Shown: positions 17,641-27,918, counted from the stretch's first letter. The stretch: 64,000 nt of DNA from Gemmatimonadota bacterium (GCA_039588275.1 JBDHAC010000002.1:32001-96000); one strand, 5' to 3'. The notes: generated by a model not told the origin, from the sequence alone. A program made the numbers and translations.

Positions 17641-18669
17641 TTACTCGCTCCGGGTCGAATCCGGGCCGCTGCGGCTAGCCGGGGCGCCGGCCTCCGTATC
17701 GGGGGCGGACCTCGGAGCGCGGCTCAACGTGATCACGCCACGCGCGAAGCGTATCTGCAGCTCGTCATCCCGTACCTCGAACCCGATCGCCGAGCCGAGG
17801 CTCAGGGTGAGAAGCTGTTCGAACTCCATGCGAGCCGTCCCGCACATCCTACGCGTCGTCGCGATGCCCGAGATCCTGAGACCCCCGGCATCGCTCAACT
17901 GGTAGCTACCCAGCACGCGGTTGCAGCCGGTGGAGCCGAACAGTCGTCCGGAAGACCCATCCACGTCCCTCAGCTCCTCGGCGAACGAGAGTTCAGGAGT
18001 CTGTTCGCTCGAGTCGGCCATGAATGCGGGATCCTCTCCGGTGCGGATCGAGACGATCCTCCAGGTCTCGCCGGCAAGCGCTCGTGTGGGGCCCCCGGGT
18101 GACGCGGGTGGGGGTGTTGCCCCGAGAGGTGAGGAGAACGGCATCAAACCGCGGTCGGTGAACACGAAGTCCGTGGTGATCGGGACCGTGGGTTGGATGG
18201 TCCCCGGCTCACCGGGTTGGCGCACGAGGAGATCCGTTATGATGACCCCGTCCTCGATGCGCACCGCCTCGAGGCCGATCCGATCACCGATCAAGCGGCT
18301 CGAGGCATCGTGCATCTGACGGCCATCCCTCAACAGCGCGTGCAGCCGGTAGAAGTGCTCGGTGAGTCCCGAGCGCTCGACCAGCACTGCCGCCGCGTCC
18401 TCCTCGCCGTCACCATCCAGATCGCCCGTCGCGAAATCCACGAGCGTGATCACCACCTCCGGGTCCGTGCCCGGTGCCGACGGAGCCTGGTACTCGCCGT
18501 CCGTAAGCGTGACGACGCCCGCCTCCGACCACTCCGAAAGGTAGGTCGCGTTCCGGAGGATCTCCTCGCTCGTCGGAGGCGGTGATCGATCGCACGCGGT
18601 CCCGATGCTTACAGCGGCGGCCGCCAGCAGCCAGCGTCGGTAGCCCCCGCGTTCTCCGGTTGGACTCAT
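17641..18669 (-). CDS. META domain lipoprotein
   Basis: Lipobox IGTAC; C-terminal GSTGCNR...IATTRRMC META motif. Confidence 0.85.
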   Translation of the reverse strand: MSPTGERGGYRRWLLAAAAVSIGTACDRSPPPTSEEILRNATYLSEWSEAGVVTLTDGEYQAPSAPGTDPEVVITLVDFATGDLDGDGEEDAAAVLVERSGLTEHFYRLHALLRDGRQMHDASSRLIGDRIGLEAVRIEDGVIITDLLVRQPGEPGTIQPTVPITTDFVFTDRGLMPFSSPLGATPPPASPGGPTRALAGETWRIVSIRTGEDPAFMADSSEQTPELSFAEELRDVDGSSGRLFGSTGCNRVLGSYQLSDAGGLRISGIATTRRMCGTARMEFEQLLTLSLGSAIGFEVRDDELQIRFARGVITLSRAPRSAPDTEAGAPASRSGPDSTRSE

Positions 18670-18675
18670 CAGCCT

Positions 18676-20394
18676 CTACTCCGCTGCCATAAAGGGATAT
18701 CGGTAATCGTGCGGGGGCACGAACGTCTCCTTGATCGAGCGTGGAGAGACCCAGCGAAGCAGGTTGAGGATCGATCCCGCCTTGTCATTGGTTCCGCTCG
18801 CTCGCCCGCCGCCGAACGGCTGTTGGCCGACGACCGCCCCCGTGGGCTTGTCGTTGACGTAGAAGTTGCCCGCGGTATGACGCAGGGCTGCCGTGGCCTC
18901 GCGGATCACCTCGCGATCGTTCGCGAATACCGCCCCCGTGAGCGCGTAGGGCGAAGTTTCGTCCACGAGCTTGAGGGTCTCTTTCCACGCCTCGGGGCGA
19001 TACACGTGGACGGTCATGACCGGCCCGAAGATCTCGTCGCACATGAGCTTGTGCTTCGGGTTCTCGGCCAGCACGAGAGTGGGCTCGATGAAGAATCCGA
19101 CCGAGTCATCGCACCCGCCGCCGGCGAGGATCTCGCTATCCTCGGAGGCACGGGCGTACTCGATGTACTCCTTGATCGACTCGAACGCCGGCCGATCGAT
19201 GATCGCGGCGACGAAGTTCCGGAAATCCGCGGGATCACCCATCCGGATCTCCTCGAGCATCGCGAGCACGCGGTCACGCACGTCTTCCCACATCGTGGAG
19301 GGTACGTAGGTCCGCGAGGCCGCGCTGCACTTCTGCCCCTGGTACTCGAAGGCGCCCCGCACGATGGCCACGGCGAGCGCCTGCGGATCGGCGGTCTCGT
19401 GCGCGAGGATGAAGTCCTTGCCGCCCGTTTCGCCCACCAGACGCGGGTACGAGCGATAGCTCTCCAGCCTCTCCGCGACCTCCCGCCACAGCGCCTGGAA
19501 CGTCCATGTGGACCCGGTGAAGTGGATCCCGGCCAGCTCCGGACTCGACACCAACGGCTCGCTGATCTTCCCCGAGGACCCGGGCATGTAGTTGATCACG
19601 CCGGGAGGAAGCCCCGCCTCTTCCAGGACCCGCATCGTGTAGTAGCCGGACAGAATGGCGGTGGTCGCCGGCTTCCAGATCACGGCGTTCCCCATGATCG
19701 CGGGGGCCGTGGTGAGGTTTCCGCCGATCGCCGTGAAGTTGAACGGGCTGATCGCCCACACGTAGCCCTCGAGCGGACGGTGATCCATCCGGTTCCACAC
19801 TCCGGGCGAGGAGGCCGGCTGCTGCTCGTAGACTCGGGTGGCGAAGAAGCTGTTGAAGCGCCAGAAGTCGATCATCTCGCAGGCCGAGTCGATCTCGGCC
19901 TGGAAGACGGTCTTGCTCTGCCCGAGCATGGTCGAGGCGTTGAGGCGCGCGCGCCAGGGCCCGGAAAGCAGATCCGCCGCCCGTAACAGGACGGCGACTC
20001 GGTCCTCCAGCGACCAGCTGGACCACTCCAGCCACCCCTCGCGCGCCGCATCGATCGCCCGCGCGCACTCCGCCGCTCCCGCCATGTGCGATCGGGCCAG
20101 CACATGTCCGTGGTCGTGAGGCATCACCACATCGTGGAGGTCACCGGAGTGGACGTCCTCCCCGCCGATGATCAGGGGGATCTCGATGACGTCTCCGCTT
20201 TGGCGCTCGAGCTCGGCTTTAAGCTCGTCGCGCTCCGGGCTCCCCGGTGCATAATCGAGTACGGGCTCGTTCACGGGTGCAGGGGCCTCGAAACGCCCCT
20301 GGGGATGGGCAAGACGCGCAGGCTCCTCCGCACCGGGACGCTGCTCGTCGGCCGTCGGCCCGCTGGCCCGTCGGCTGGCGGTCACCGTCTCCAT
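18676..20394 (-). CDS. pruA: L-glutamate gamma-semialdehyde (P5C) dehydrogenase
   Basis: NEPVLDYAPGSPER, QAEIDSACE, FTGS, GETGGKDF, FEYQGQKCSAASR, GGGRASGTNDKAG. Confidence 0.95.
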   Translation of the reverse strand: METVTASRRASGPTADEQRPGAEEPARLAHPQGRFEAPAPVNEPVLDYAPGSPERDELKAELERQSGDVIEIPLIIGGEDVHSGDLHDVVMPHDHGHVLARSHMAGAAECARAIDAAREGWLEWSSWSLEDRVAVLLRAADLLSGPWRARLNASTMLGQSKTVFQAEIDSACEMIDFWRFNSFFATRVYEQQPASSPGVWNRMDHRPLEGYVWAISPFNFTAIGGNLTTAPAIMGNAVIWKPATTAILSGYYTMRVLEEAGLPPGVINYMPGSSGKISEPLVSSPELAGIHFTGSTWTFQALWREVAERLESYRSYPRLVGETGGKDFILAHETADPQALAVAIVRGAFEYQGQKCSAASRTYVPSTMWEDVRDRVLAMLEEIRMGDPADFRNFVAAIIDRPAFESIKEYIEYARASEDSEILAGGGCDDSVGFFIEPTLVLAENPKHKLMCDEIFGPVMTVHVYRPEAWKETLKLVDETSPYALTGAVFANDREVIREATAALRHTAGNFYVNDKPTGAVVGQQPFGGGRASGTNDKAGSILNLLRWVSPRSIKETFVPPHDYRYPFMAAE

Positions 20395-20623
20395 GTGAGC
20401 TTCCTCCTGAGTCGCATGATCGGCTTAAGCGCCTGTGGTAATGTCGGTTAGTTGGCCTGGACGCATCCGCCGACCGTCGCGCATCCCCGCGTCGGTCGGC
20501 CCGCCGCGGCGGCGGGAACCTCCAGACCGTCTCATCGTGTTCCGTCGTGCGCGCGCCGCACACTCGAGACCGGCGCGAGGTCGTGTTCGCGGTGTATAAT
20601 GAATGCTACGGGAGTCCTCCGCC

Positions 20624-21202
20624 ATGACTGAAACGCACGGCTCGACATACAGAGGTTACTGGGAGCGGGCGCACGAGTTTCCGGTCTATCTGGGCCGGGA
20701 AGTACACGAGCGCGCCGCGCTATGGGACGGGGTGTACCGCAAGGCGGCGTCCCCCGAGTGGGCCGTGGAGCGCGCGCTGGAGCTGGGCGGTAGCTGGAAC
20801 CTCCTCGTGCTGTCGGAGGACTGGTGCGGCGATGCGTCCAACACGGTGCCGATCCTGGCCCGGTTCGCTGAGGCGGTGCCTGGCATCGAGCTTCGCGTGT
20901 TGAGGCGAAATGAGAACCCCGAGCTGATGGACCGTTATCTGACGAACGGGTCGCGCTCGATACCGCTCGCCATCGTGCTCGATGAGGCGTACGAGCCCGT
21001 GGGTCGATGGGGACCACGACCCGCCGAGCTCCAGGAGTTCGTGTTGAGTGAAAAGCGAGCGGGTGTGAGGGACAAGGCCGAGATCTACAAGGACGCTCGC
21101 CGCTGGTATGCCCGCGACCGGGGCGACACGACTCTGCGCGAGTTGCTGGAGGTCCTCGAGAGCACCATCTCCCCGAAGCCCGAGGTCGCCGCTCCGTGGT
21201 GA
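20624..21202 (+). CDS. Thioredoxin family protein (Thioredoxin_9-like)
   Basis: EDWCGD, YLTNGSRSIP, WGPRP; TATAAT at 20595. Confidence 0.9.
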   Translation: MTETHGSTYRGYWERAHEFPVYLGREVHERAALWDGVYRKAASPEWAVERALELGGSWNLLVLSEDWCGDASNTVPILARFAEAVPGIELRVLRRNENPELMDRYLTNGSRSIPLAIVLDEAYEPVGRWGPRPAELQEFVLSEKRAGVRDKAEIYKDARRWYARDRGDTTLRELLEVLESTISPKPEVAAPW

Positions 21203-22671
21203 CGCGCCTGCCCTCTCTCGCCGCCGCGATCGTCGTCGCGAATGTCGCCGCGATCGCGGGCATGCTCCCGGTTGCGACGCCCGCCGCGGCGCAGGAAGTG
21301 GATCCCACGATCGAGTCGGTGGGCTCGCTGCTCGAGGGGCTCCGCCACGAGGGGTACCACCTGGTCGCACCGCGCCGCTTCGATCGAGCCGAAGCACGGC
21401 TCGAGGAGGCGCGCCGTCGTCGCGACCGCGGTGACTCCCCCGACGCCGTGCGACAGCGGGTCATCGAGGCGAGCGTCGACCTACGGGAAGTGCAGCGCGT
21501 GGCGGTCGCGGGAGAAGCCTGGTTCGGCCCGGTCCTCGCGATCCGGGCGCGGGCGATGGCTGCCGGGGCTCCGGAGCGCGCGGGTGCCAGGTGGACTGCC
21601 GCCGAAGAAACGCTTCGCGAGGCGGGCCTGCGCTTCGAGCGCGACGAGCGCGAGGACGCCATCCCTCGGATCGAGCGGGCCGAAGCCTTGTACGGTGAAG
21701 CGGCGTTCCAGGCGTTGCGGACGGATCAGCTGGAGCACGCGCTGACGGCCCGAACCGCTGCCCTCGCGGCGAGCGCGCGCGAACTGGCACCCGAAACGTT
21801 CGCCGAAGCGGAGGCACTCCTCGCCGCGGCGGACTCGATCCTGGTGCGCGGCCCCGCTGAGCGCGACGCCGCAGCGCGCCTGGGCGCCGAGGCGGCGGCC
21901 GCGTACCGCCGCGCGACCCGCATGGCGGACGTCACGGACGGCGTCGCGCGACGGGAGGTGGCCGTCGAGCGGCTGCTCCGCGCGCACCAGGACGACCTGG
22001 TCGAGCTCGCGACGCTCCTCGGTCTCGATGCGAGCATCGCGGAGGGCACGTCGGGCGTTGCCGAGGCGATCGCGGGCGAAATCCGACGCCTGCTCGACGA
22101 ACGGGCCAGGTTGGAGAGAGCGGGGGCAAGCGCCCGATCCGAAGGTGACGAGCTCCGTCGGCAGGTGGAGGCGCTCGAGCGCGATCTGGCCGCTGCAGAG
22201 CGCCGCGAAGCGGAAGCCCTGGCCGAGCTCGGAGAGCGCGAGGACTACGAGCGCCGGCTGCGAGAGGTGCAGGCGCTGTTCACGCCCCGGGAAGGCGAGG
22301 TCTTCGTGCGTGGCGACGAGCTGACATTGAGACTTTTCCAGCTCACGTTCGAATCCGGGTCGGACGAGATCCTCCCCGAGCACCAACCGATCCTGGCCAA
22401 GGTGCAGCGCGTGCTGGTCCAGTTCTCCGGCGCTCCCGCACGGATCGAGGGGCACACCGATTCGCGCGGGAACGCGGACGCCAACCGCGCGCTCAGCCAG
22501 CGGCGGGCGGTGGCAATCCGGGAATACCTTCTCGAGAGTCTGCCGATCAGCGCGGACCGGCTGGAGGCCACCGGCTACGGCGAGGACCGCCCGATCGCGA
22601 GCAACGAGACCGAGGAGGGTCGCACGCAAAACCGTCGCATCGAGATCGTGCTCGCGCTCGGCGTTCGCTGA
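21199..22671 (+). CDS. OmpA-family peptidoglycan-binding protein with long helical/coiled-coil N-terminus
   Basis: Signal peptide; IEGHTDSRG..N..LSQRRA, GYGEDRPIASN..GR..NRRIEI. Confidence 0.9.
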   Translation: MTRLPSLAAAIVVANVAAIAGMLPVATPAAAQEVDPTIESVGSLLEGLRHEGYHLVAPRRFDRAEARLEEARRRRDRGDSPDAVRQRVIEASVDLREVQRVAVAGEAWFGPVLAIRARAMAAGAPERAGARWTAAEETLREAGLRFERDEREDAIPRIERAEALYGEAAFQALRTDQLEHALTARTAALAASARELAPETFAEAEALLAAADSILVRGPAERDAAARLGAEAAAAYRRATRMADVTDGVARREVAVERLLRAHQDDLVELATLLGLDASIAEGTSGVAEAIAGEIRRLLDERARLERAGASARSEGDELRRQVEALERDLAAAERREAEALAELGEREDYERRLREVQALFTPREGEVFVRGDELTLRLFQLTFESGSDEILPEHQPILAKVQRVLVQFSGAPARIEGHTDSRGNADANRALSQRRAVAIREYLLESLPISADRLEATGYGEDRPIASNETEEGRTQNRRIEIVLALGVR

Positions 22672-22683
22672 TCCAACAGCCCG

Positions 22684-23565
22684 CTAACCCTCAATGCGCC
22701 GGCTGCCCGTTCGCCTGGCGTCGGGCGTCGCGCGCGTGACAGCCCCGTAACGCTCCGGCTGCCGATCCTCGATGAGGTCGAGCTCCCACTCGCCCGGGCG
22801 CACGACTTCCCGCGTGGCATCCGCCAGCGACAGATCGAGCTCGAGATGGTGTCGCCCGGGCTCGGCCTCCGCCTCGAGAAGCAGGCGCCCGTCCGGATCC
22901 GCCGCCAGGCTTCCGCCCTCGAAGCGGACCCCGCGCTCGCTCCCCACCCGATTCACCGCGAAGTAGAACGCGTGGTTCTCGTAGGCCCGCACCTGCACCA
23001 TCTCTCGCCTCATCCTGAGACGTGGCCAGTTCGTCGGGAGGAGTAGCAGCTGTGCGCCCTCGAGTCTCAGCGCACGGGCGCTCTCGGGGAAGCTGCCGTC
23101 ATAGCAGATGTGCATCCCGATCCGACCGAACGGAAGCTCGTGCGCGCGAAACCCCTCCGCCCCGGGCCGCGTGAAGCGGTCGACCCCGAGGCACAGCGTG
23201 TGGACCTTCCGATATCGCCCGATGAGTCCCTCCGGGCCTACGAGCAGGGCCGCATTGAAGAGGGCATTTCCGTCGCGCTCGATCGCGCCGCACACGACCC
23301 ACGCACCGGAGTCCGCCGCGGCGCCGGCGATGGCACGAACCTCGGGCCCCTCGGTGGTTACGGCGGCGCTGAGCCCCTCGTCGAGACTCTCGAACACGTA
23401 ACCGGTCAACGCCGCCTCGGGGAATACGACGAGCTCCGCCCCTTCGGCGGCGGCCGCGGTGACCTCGCGCACGATACGCTCGGTGTTGCGGGAGGGAGAG
23501 CCGAACTCGGGGGCGAACTGGACGCCGCACACCCGTGCGAGGCGCGGCTCACCGGACGAAGGCAT
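22684..23565 (-). CDS. Carbon-nitrogen hydrolase (nitrilase superfamily)
   Basis: E-K-C triad: VFPE, YRKVH, ICYD. Confidence 0.92.
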   Translation of the reverse strand: MPSSGEPRLARVCGVQFAPEFGSPSRNTERIVREVTAAAAEGAELVVFPEAALTGYVFESLDEGLSAAVTTEGPEVRAIAGAAADSGAWVVCGAIERDGNALFNAALLVGPEGLIGRYRKVHTLCLGVDRFTRPGAEGFRAHELPFGRIGMHICYDGSFPESARALRLEGAQLLLLPTNWPRLRMRREMVQVRAYENHAFYFAVNRVGSERGVRFEGGSLAADPDGRLLLEAEAEPGRHHLELDLSLADATREVVRPGEWELDLIEDRQPERYGAVTRATPDARRTGSRRIEG

Positions 23566-23603
23566 GGGCGTGCTCTACCGCCGGCAGGTCGTCGGGGAGC
23601 TCT

Positions 23604-23831
23604 TCAGCGATCCGCCCAGGGCCGCTCTGTCCGGAGGGCGGCGGCGATACCGGCGACCACGGTCCCGACCGCGAGACCGACGCCGATCCAGCGGCCGACT
23701 TCCGCCGCTGGCCCTTTCGTGCCCTCGCGCCACGGACGGATCAGCTCGCGCTGCCATTGGCGAATCTCCTGCTCCGCCCGCACGCCGGCGACATGGAGGA
23801 GCGCTCCGCCTGCTCGACGAATGGCGCTCAT
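23604..23831 (-). CDS. Small hypothetical membrane protein
   Basis: Single TM near the C-terminus; fills the gap in a same-strand operon. Confidence 0.5.
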   Translation of the reverse strand: MSAIRRAGGALLHVAGVRAEQEIRQWQRELIRPWREGTKGPAAEVGRWIGVGLAVGTVVAGIAAALRTERPWADR

Positions 23832-23835
23832 CCCG

Positions 23836-24636
23836 TCAGCTCCCGGAAGGGTTGGAGCCTACGAAGTCTTCGCCTCCGTCGACCCGGATGGTGTTGCCGG
23901 TCATCCAGGCTGTCTCGGGAGCCGCCAGCGCTACCATGCAGCTCGCGACATCTTGGGGCGTGGTGAGCCGGCCGTGCGGGTTCTGGCTTGCCGCCTCCTC
24001 GATCATCTGCTCGGCCCCGGGGATCTTCCGCAACGCAGGCGTATCCGTCACACCGGCCCTGATCGCGTTGACCGTGATGCCGCGTGGGGCGAGCTCGAGC
24101 GCGAGCTGGCGGCAATGCGATTCCAGGGACGCCTTCGCGGCCGAGACCGCACCGTACGTGGGGATCACGCGATCTCCGCCCGACGAGGTCATGGCGTAGA
24201 TCCGACCCCCCTCACCCATGAGACCGCGGTCGACGAGACCCTGGGTCCAATAGACCAGCGTATGCGCCATGACATCGAGGGTCATGTTCATCTGGTCGGG
24301 CGTGATCGAGCTGTTCTCGCCCAGGAACGGCCGCAACGTCCCGAACGCGAGCGAGTGGATCAGCACGCGGACGGAGCCGGGTGACGCGTTGGCGGCGACG
24401 TCCTCCAATACTGCATCGCGTTTCTCCGGGGCCGCCGCGTTCACGTTGTAGAAGATCGCCCGACTGCCGGCCTCCTCGAGCGCCACCTTGATCTGCTCGA
24501 CGCGCTCGAGACCCGCGCGGCGGTCCAGGTGGACTCCGTAGATGTCGTATCCCGCCTGGGCAAACGCGCGCGCCGCGGCCTCACCGAAGCCGCTCGAGGC
24601 CCCCAGAATGAGGGCGGCGTGGCTGTTCTCGCTCAC
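23836..24636 (-). CDS. SDR family oxidoreductase, enoyl-ACP reductase (FabL-like)
   Basis: LGASSGFG, YGAVSAAK, GVTDTPAL, NPHGRLTTP.DVA; start approximate. Confidence 0.85.
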   Translation of the reverse strand: MSENSHAALILGASSGFGEAAARAFAQAGYDIYGVHLDRRAGLERVEQIKVALEEAGSRAIFYNVNAAAPEKRDAVLEDVAANASPGSVRVLIHSLAFGTLRPFLGENSSITPDQMNMTLDVMAHTLVYWTQGLVDRGLMGEGGRIYAMTSSGGDRVIPTYGAVSAAKASLESHCRQLALELAPRGITVNAIRAGVTDTPALRKIPGAEQMIEEAASQNPHGRLTTPQDVASCMVALAAPETAWMTGNTIRVDGGEDFVGSNPSGS

Positions 24637-24879
24637 CAATTCGAGCCTTGCGTTTGGGTGTTCGAGCTCCTCGCCGCACCGTGTAGGCGCCGTGAGGGGC
24701 TTCGTGGTGTACGCCGCGATCATGGGGGGGGCGCACGTCTGGCGCCAGCCCTCCCGGAAGACCAACGGACTCAGGGGAGCCAGACCCGCGGACTCCGGCC
24801 AGCGGGGGCGTGAGATTTGCTCCACTGACAACCAGTTCGGGCTGCGAGGCCCGCGGTCGGTGGAGGTGGAGAAAGGCAC

Positions 24880-26823
24880 GTGCGAAGCGGAATCGACGCG
24901 GGGGCGGGGCGCGGAGGTGGAGTAACCGGGTGGTCGGGGAGATTCCGGCGCGTCCTTCTATTGGCCGGGTTTTTTGCGCTGCTGACGGGCACCTGCGAGC
25001 TACTGTTCGTCACCCTGCACCGCTACGTCCTCGGCCACATCACGTACGTCAGCCCCCACATCGTGTGGATGGCCCCCGCCGCGAATCTGGTCGTGTTCGC
25101 CCTGGCAGGTCTGCTTTTGCTGGGCTTCAGCGAGCGCTGGCCAGGGGTCGCCGGGGTGAGGGTCAGCGCGACTGTCTTCGGCATGCTGAGCGCGTTCTCC
25201 ATCGCTTTGGCCCTGCCCTTCAAGCTGCACATTGCGGCGGCGCTCGTGCTGGCCGGCGGCGTCGGCGTGCAGGCGGGGCGCTGGTTGGGTGGCTCCGGTG
25301 CCATACCGCACTGGATCAGGCGGGCGACGGCCATCCTCGCTCTCGGCCTCGCGGTGACGACGGCCGGCGTGGTGGGACGGCGGCCGTTCGTGGAGCGCGC
25401 CGCGCTCTCCGATCTGCCGGCAGCCCCGGAGGGAGCACCGAACGTCCTGCTCCTCATCCTCGACACGGTGCGTGCGAAGAGCCTGGGTCTGTACGGGTAC
25501 GAGCGAGCCACGACCCCGCATCTCTCGGCATTCGCTCGGAACGGCCTCGTGTTCGAGCGCGCTGTCGCTACGGCTCCGTGGACACTTCCGTCTCACGCTT
25601 CCGTCTTCACCGGCCGCTTCCCGCACCAGCTCTCCGCCGACTGGGAAGAGCCCCTGGACGATGCTCATGCTACGCTGGCCGAAGTGCTCGGATCGAGCGG
25701 GTATCAGACGGCGGGGTTCGTCGCGAACCTCCTGTACGGCTCGTACGTGCACGGTCTGTCGCGCGGATTCGTCCACTACGAGGACTACCCCGTCTCCGTG
25801 GGTCAGACCGTGCTCAGCTCATCGCTCGGTCGCGCGCTCGCCGGCACCACGACATTTCACCGATTGTTGGGGTACGAGGATCTGCTCAATCGGAAGCCGG
25901 CGGGGGTGATCGTCGACGCATTCCTGGATTGGATCGACGGCCGGGAGGAGCGTCCCTACTTCGCCTTCCTCAACCTGTTCGACGCGCACGAGCCGTACTT
26001 GCCCCCGCCGCCGTTCGATACGCTGTTCGGACCGACCGGGCCCCGACCTCTGTCGCGCGAAGTCAGCCTGAAGAGGGACACTCGCGCGCGTCGTCCGGCG
26101 AAGTGGATCATGACCCCCGAGGAGTTCCAGATCGAGCTCAACGCGTACGACGGCGCGATCGCATATCTGGACTCGGAGCTGGGACGGTTGTTCGAAACGC
26201 TGGAGGCGAGAGGCGAGCTCGACAACACGCTCGTGGTCGTTACGTCCGACCATGGCGAGCAGCACGGCGAACACCGCCTTTTCGGACACCTGAACAGCCT
26301 GTACGCTCCGCTTCTTCACGTACCGCTGCTGATCGCGGGTCCGGGGGTCCCGGTGGGGCGACTCGAGGGCACCGTGAGTCTCCGCGACCTGCCGGCAACC
26401 ATCCTGGACCTCGTGAGCGCCCCCGACGAGCGTCGACTCCCCGGACACTCGCTCGCACCTTTGTGGGCCACCGACTCCGCTCCGCTGGAGTCCGATCCGC
26501 CGATCGCGGGGCTGACGGGCGCCACGCCCCCGGGACCCATCCTGTCCACCCTCTACCGTGGAGTCGTGCTCCGCCCGTGGTATCCCGTGCTGCGGGGTGA
26601 CGAAATGCACTCGTTGTGGGATGGGGACTACCACTACATCTGCAACGGCGACGGCTTCGAAGAGGTGTACGACACCTCGTTGGATCAGGAGGAGGAGGAC
26701 AATCTCGCGGACGGTCAGAACGGTCCCTCGTTGGCACCTCGGCGCGACGAGCTCACGGCCGCGCTCGGTCGACCACACGCCTGCTCACCCCCGCGCACGA
26801 GTTCAGCTTTTTCAAAAAAGTGA
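24880..26823 (+). CDS. Membrane-anchored sulfatase-like (alkaline phosphatase superfamily) protein
   Basis: About 5 N-terminal TM; PNVLLLILDTVR, WTLPSHAS, DAHEPY, TSDHGE; start uncertain. Confidence 0.85.
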   Translation: MRSGIDAGAGRGGGVTGWSGRFRRVLLLAGFFALLTGTCELLFVTLHRYVLGHITYVSPHIVWMAPAANLVVFALAGLLLLGFSERWPGVAGVRVSATVFGMLSAFSIALALPFKLHIAAALVLAGGVGVQAGRWLGGSGAIPHWIRRATAILALGLAVTTAGVVGRRPFVERAALSDLPAAPEGAPNVLLLILDTVRAKSLGLYGYERATTPHLSAFARNGLVFERAVATAPWTLPSHASVFTGRFPHQLSADWEEPLDDAHATLAEVLGSSGYQTAGFVANLLYGSYVHGLSRGFVHYEDYPVSVGQTVLSSSLGRALAGTTTFHRLLGYEDLLNRKPAGVIVDAFLDWIDGREERPYFAFLNLFDAHEPYLPPPPFDTLFGPTGPRPLSREVSLKRDTRARRPAKWIMTPEEFQIELNAYDGAIAYLDSELGRLFETLEARGELDNTLVVVTSDHGEQHGEHRLFGHLNSLYAPLLHVPLLIAGPGVPVGRLEGTVSLRDLPATILDLVSAPDERRLPGHSLAPLWATDSAPLESDPPIAGLTGATPPGPILSTLYRGVVLRPWYPVLRGDEMHSLWDGDYHYICNGDGFEEVYDTSLDQEEEDNLADGQNGPSLAPRRDELTAALGRPHACSPPRTSSAFSKK

Positions 26824-26929
26824 CGTACCGTCGACGAACATAGCGGGGGGCGGATCATCGCTCGAATCCTGCGCCCGTGTTCGCGAATCGCTCGTGCTCC
26901 CCATGGGCTCTTCGAGGGGGCCACGAGCG

Positions 26930-27012
26930 TAATCCACACCAGAGCCGAGTTATCTACAAACCTTGAACAATTGCGTAACTGACGACCATGTGGACACTTA
27001 CATTGTGGATAG
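26930..27012. promoter_or_regulatory. Cluster of four DnaA-box-like 9-mers
   Basis: TAATCCACA 26930, TTATCTACA 26950, TGTGGACAC 26989, TGTGGATAG 27004 in an AT-richer intergenic segment. Confidence 0.55.
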
Positions 27013-27177
27013 GGCCCGGCCGCCCTGGGGGCGAACGGACGTCTACGGTTGCACGGTCGAATCGTCTCTTCGTATACTTCCGGCGACAACTGGAAGCGGG
27101 AATGCGGGCCACGCTACCCACCCGTCCGTCGTCATGACCATCGACAATTGAACCTTTTTTTGGAGCGCCAGTCGCTG

Positions 27178-27360
27178 ATGATGTCGCTGTCGGATACCCG
27201 CCCGGTGGAGTTGGTCGTGGATCTGCCCGAAGAGCTCGCGGACGACGTCGAGGAAGTCCGCAAGAACGATCCGGAGTTCCTCGGACGCGCCATCCAGTAT
27301 GCGTTGGCGCGCCGCATCGTGTTCCAGGAACTGAGCGCCCAACCACTCGAACCCCGCTGA
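27178..27360 (+). CDS. Small protein, possible ribbon-helix-helix fold
   Basis: VELVVDLPEELADDVEEV..FLGRAIQYAL strand-helix-helix pattern; GGAG RBS. Confidence 0.65.
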   Translation: MMSLSDTRPVELVVDLPEELADDVEEVRKNDPEFLGRAIQYALARRIVFQELSAQPLEPR

Positions 27361-27540
27361 TTCTCACAGCTGGACTCCCTCTCCCCGCCCGACCCGGGTG
27401 GGACCGTATGACCGTCGCTCGACCGTAACAACGCCGTCACCCGGTTGACGCTCCCCACCGGGATCACTAAATCGCTCGCTGGGGCGGTTTGGCTCTTCGC
27501 CAACCCGCAAGCTGCGTATCTCGTAATCCAGTGACGCATT

Positions 27541-27918
27541 TTGTCCACCGACAACGGTCGCCCACTCGCCCCCGAACTCGCAGTGGAGGACCTGGACGCC
27601 GATCCGGTTCTCAAGGCGAAGTACATCGAGTTCTGTTCGGCGCAGCTTACGGAAGTCTTCCTCTCGCTCTCCGACGAGCGGATCTACGACCTCGTCGAAG
27701 AGGCTGCCAAGGACGAGGCTCTGGAGCCCGGGTCGCTCGGGTTCCGAGCCATGGTCCAGCTGGTGACGAGGCGGTTGCGGAACAGCGTGCCGTTGCCGGA
27801 TTTCGGGACCTGGAGACAAGACTACGAGGCGGACCCCGAGCGCTACGATCGCTACTTGCTCGGGCTGTGGCGCGAGCTGGCGGCCCGCGAGCAGGTGCCG
27901 GCGGCCGAGGACGAGTGA
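27541..27918 (+). CDS. Hypothetical protein
   Basis: Coding-like composition (LKAKYIEFCSAQL...LPDFGTW..DY..DPERYD.YLLGLW). Confidence 0.75.
   Translation: MSTDNGRPLAPELAVEDLDADPVLKAKYIEFCSAQLTEVFLSLSDERIYDLVEEAAKDEALEPGSLGFRAMVQLVTRRLRNSVPLPDFGTWRQDYEADPERYDRYLLGLWRELAAREQVPAAEDE

Noticed and set aside
18709..19986. Long antisense ORFs opposite pruA, and similarly opposite thiC (31986-33626), lpdA, pdh and E1 (61305-63149)
   Set aside because: Shadow frames expected from high-GC codon bias; no recognisable motifs
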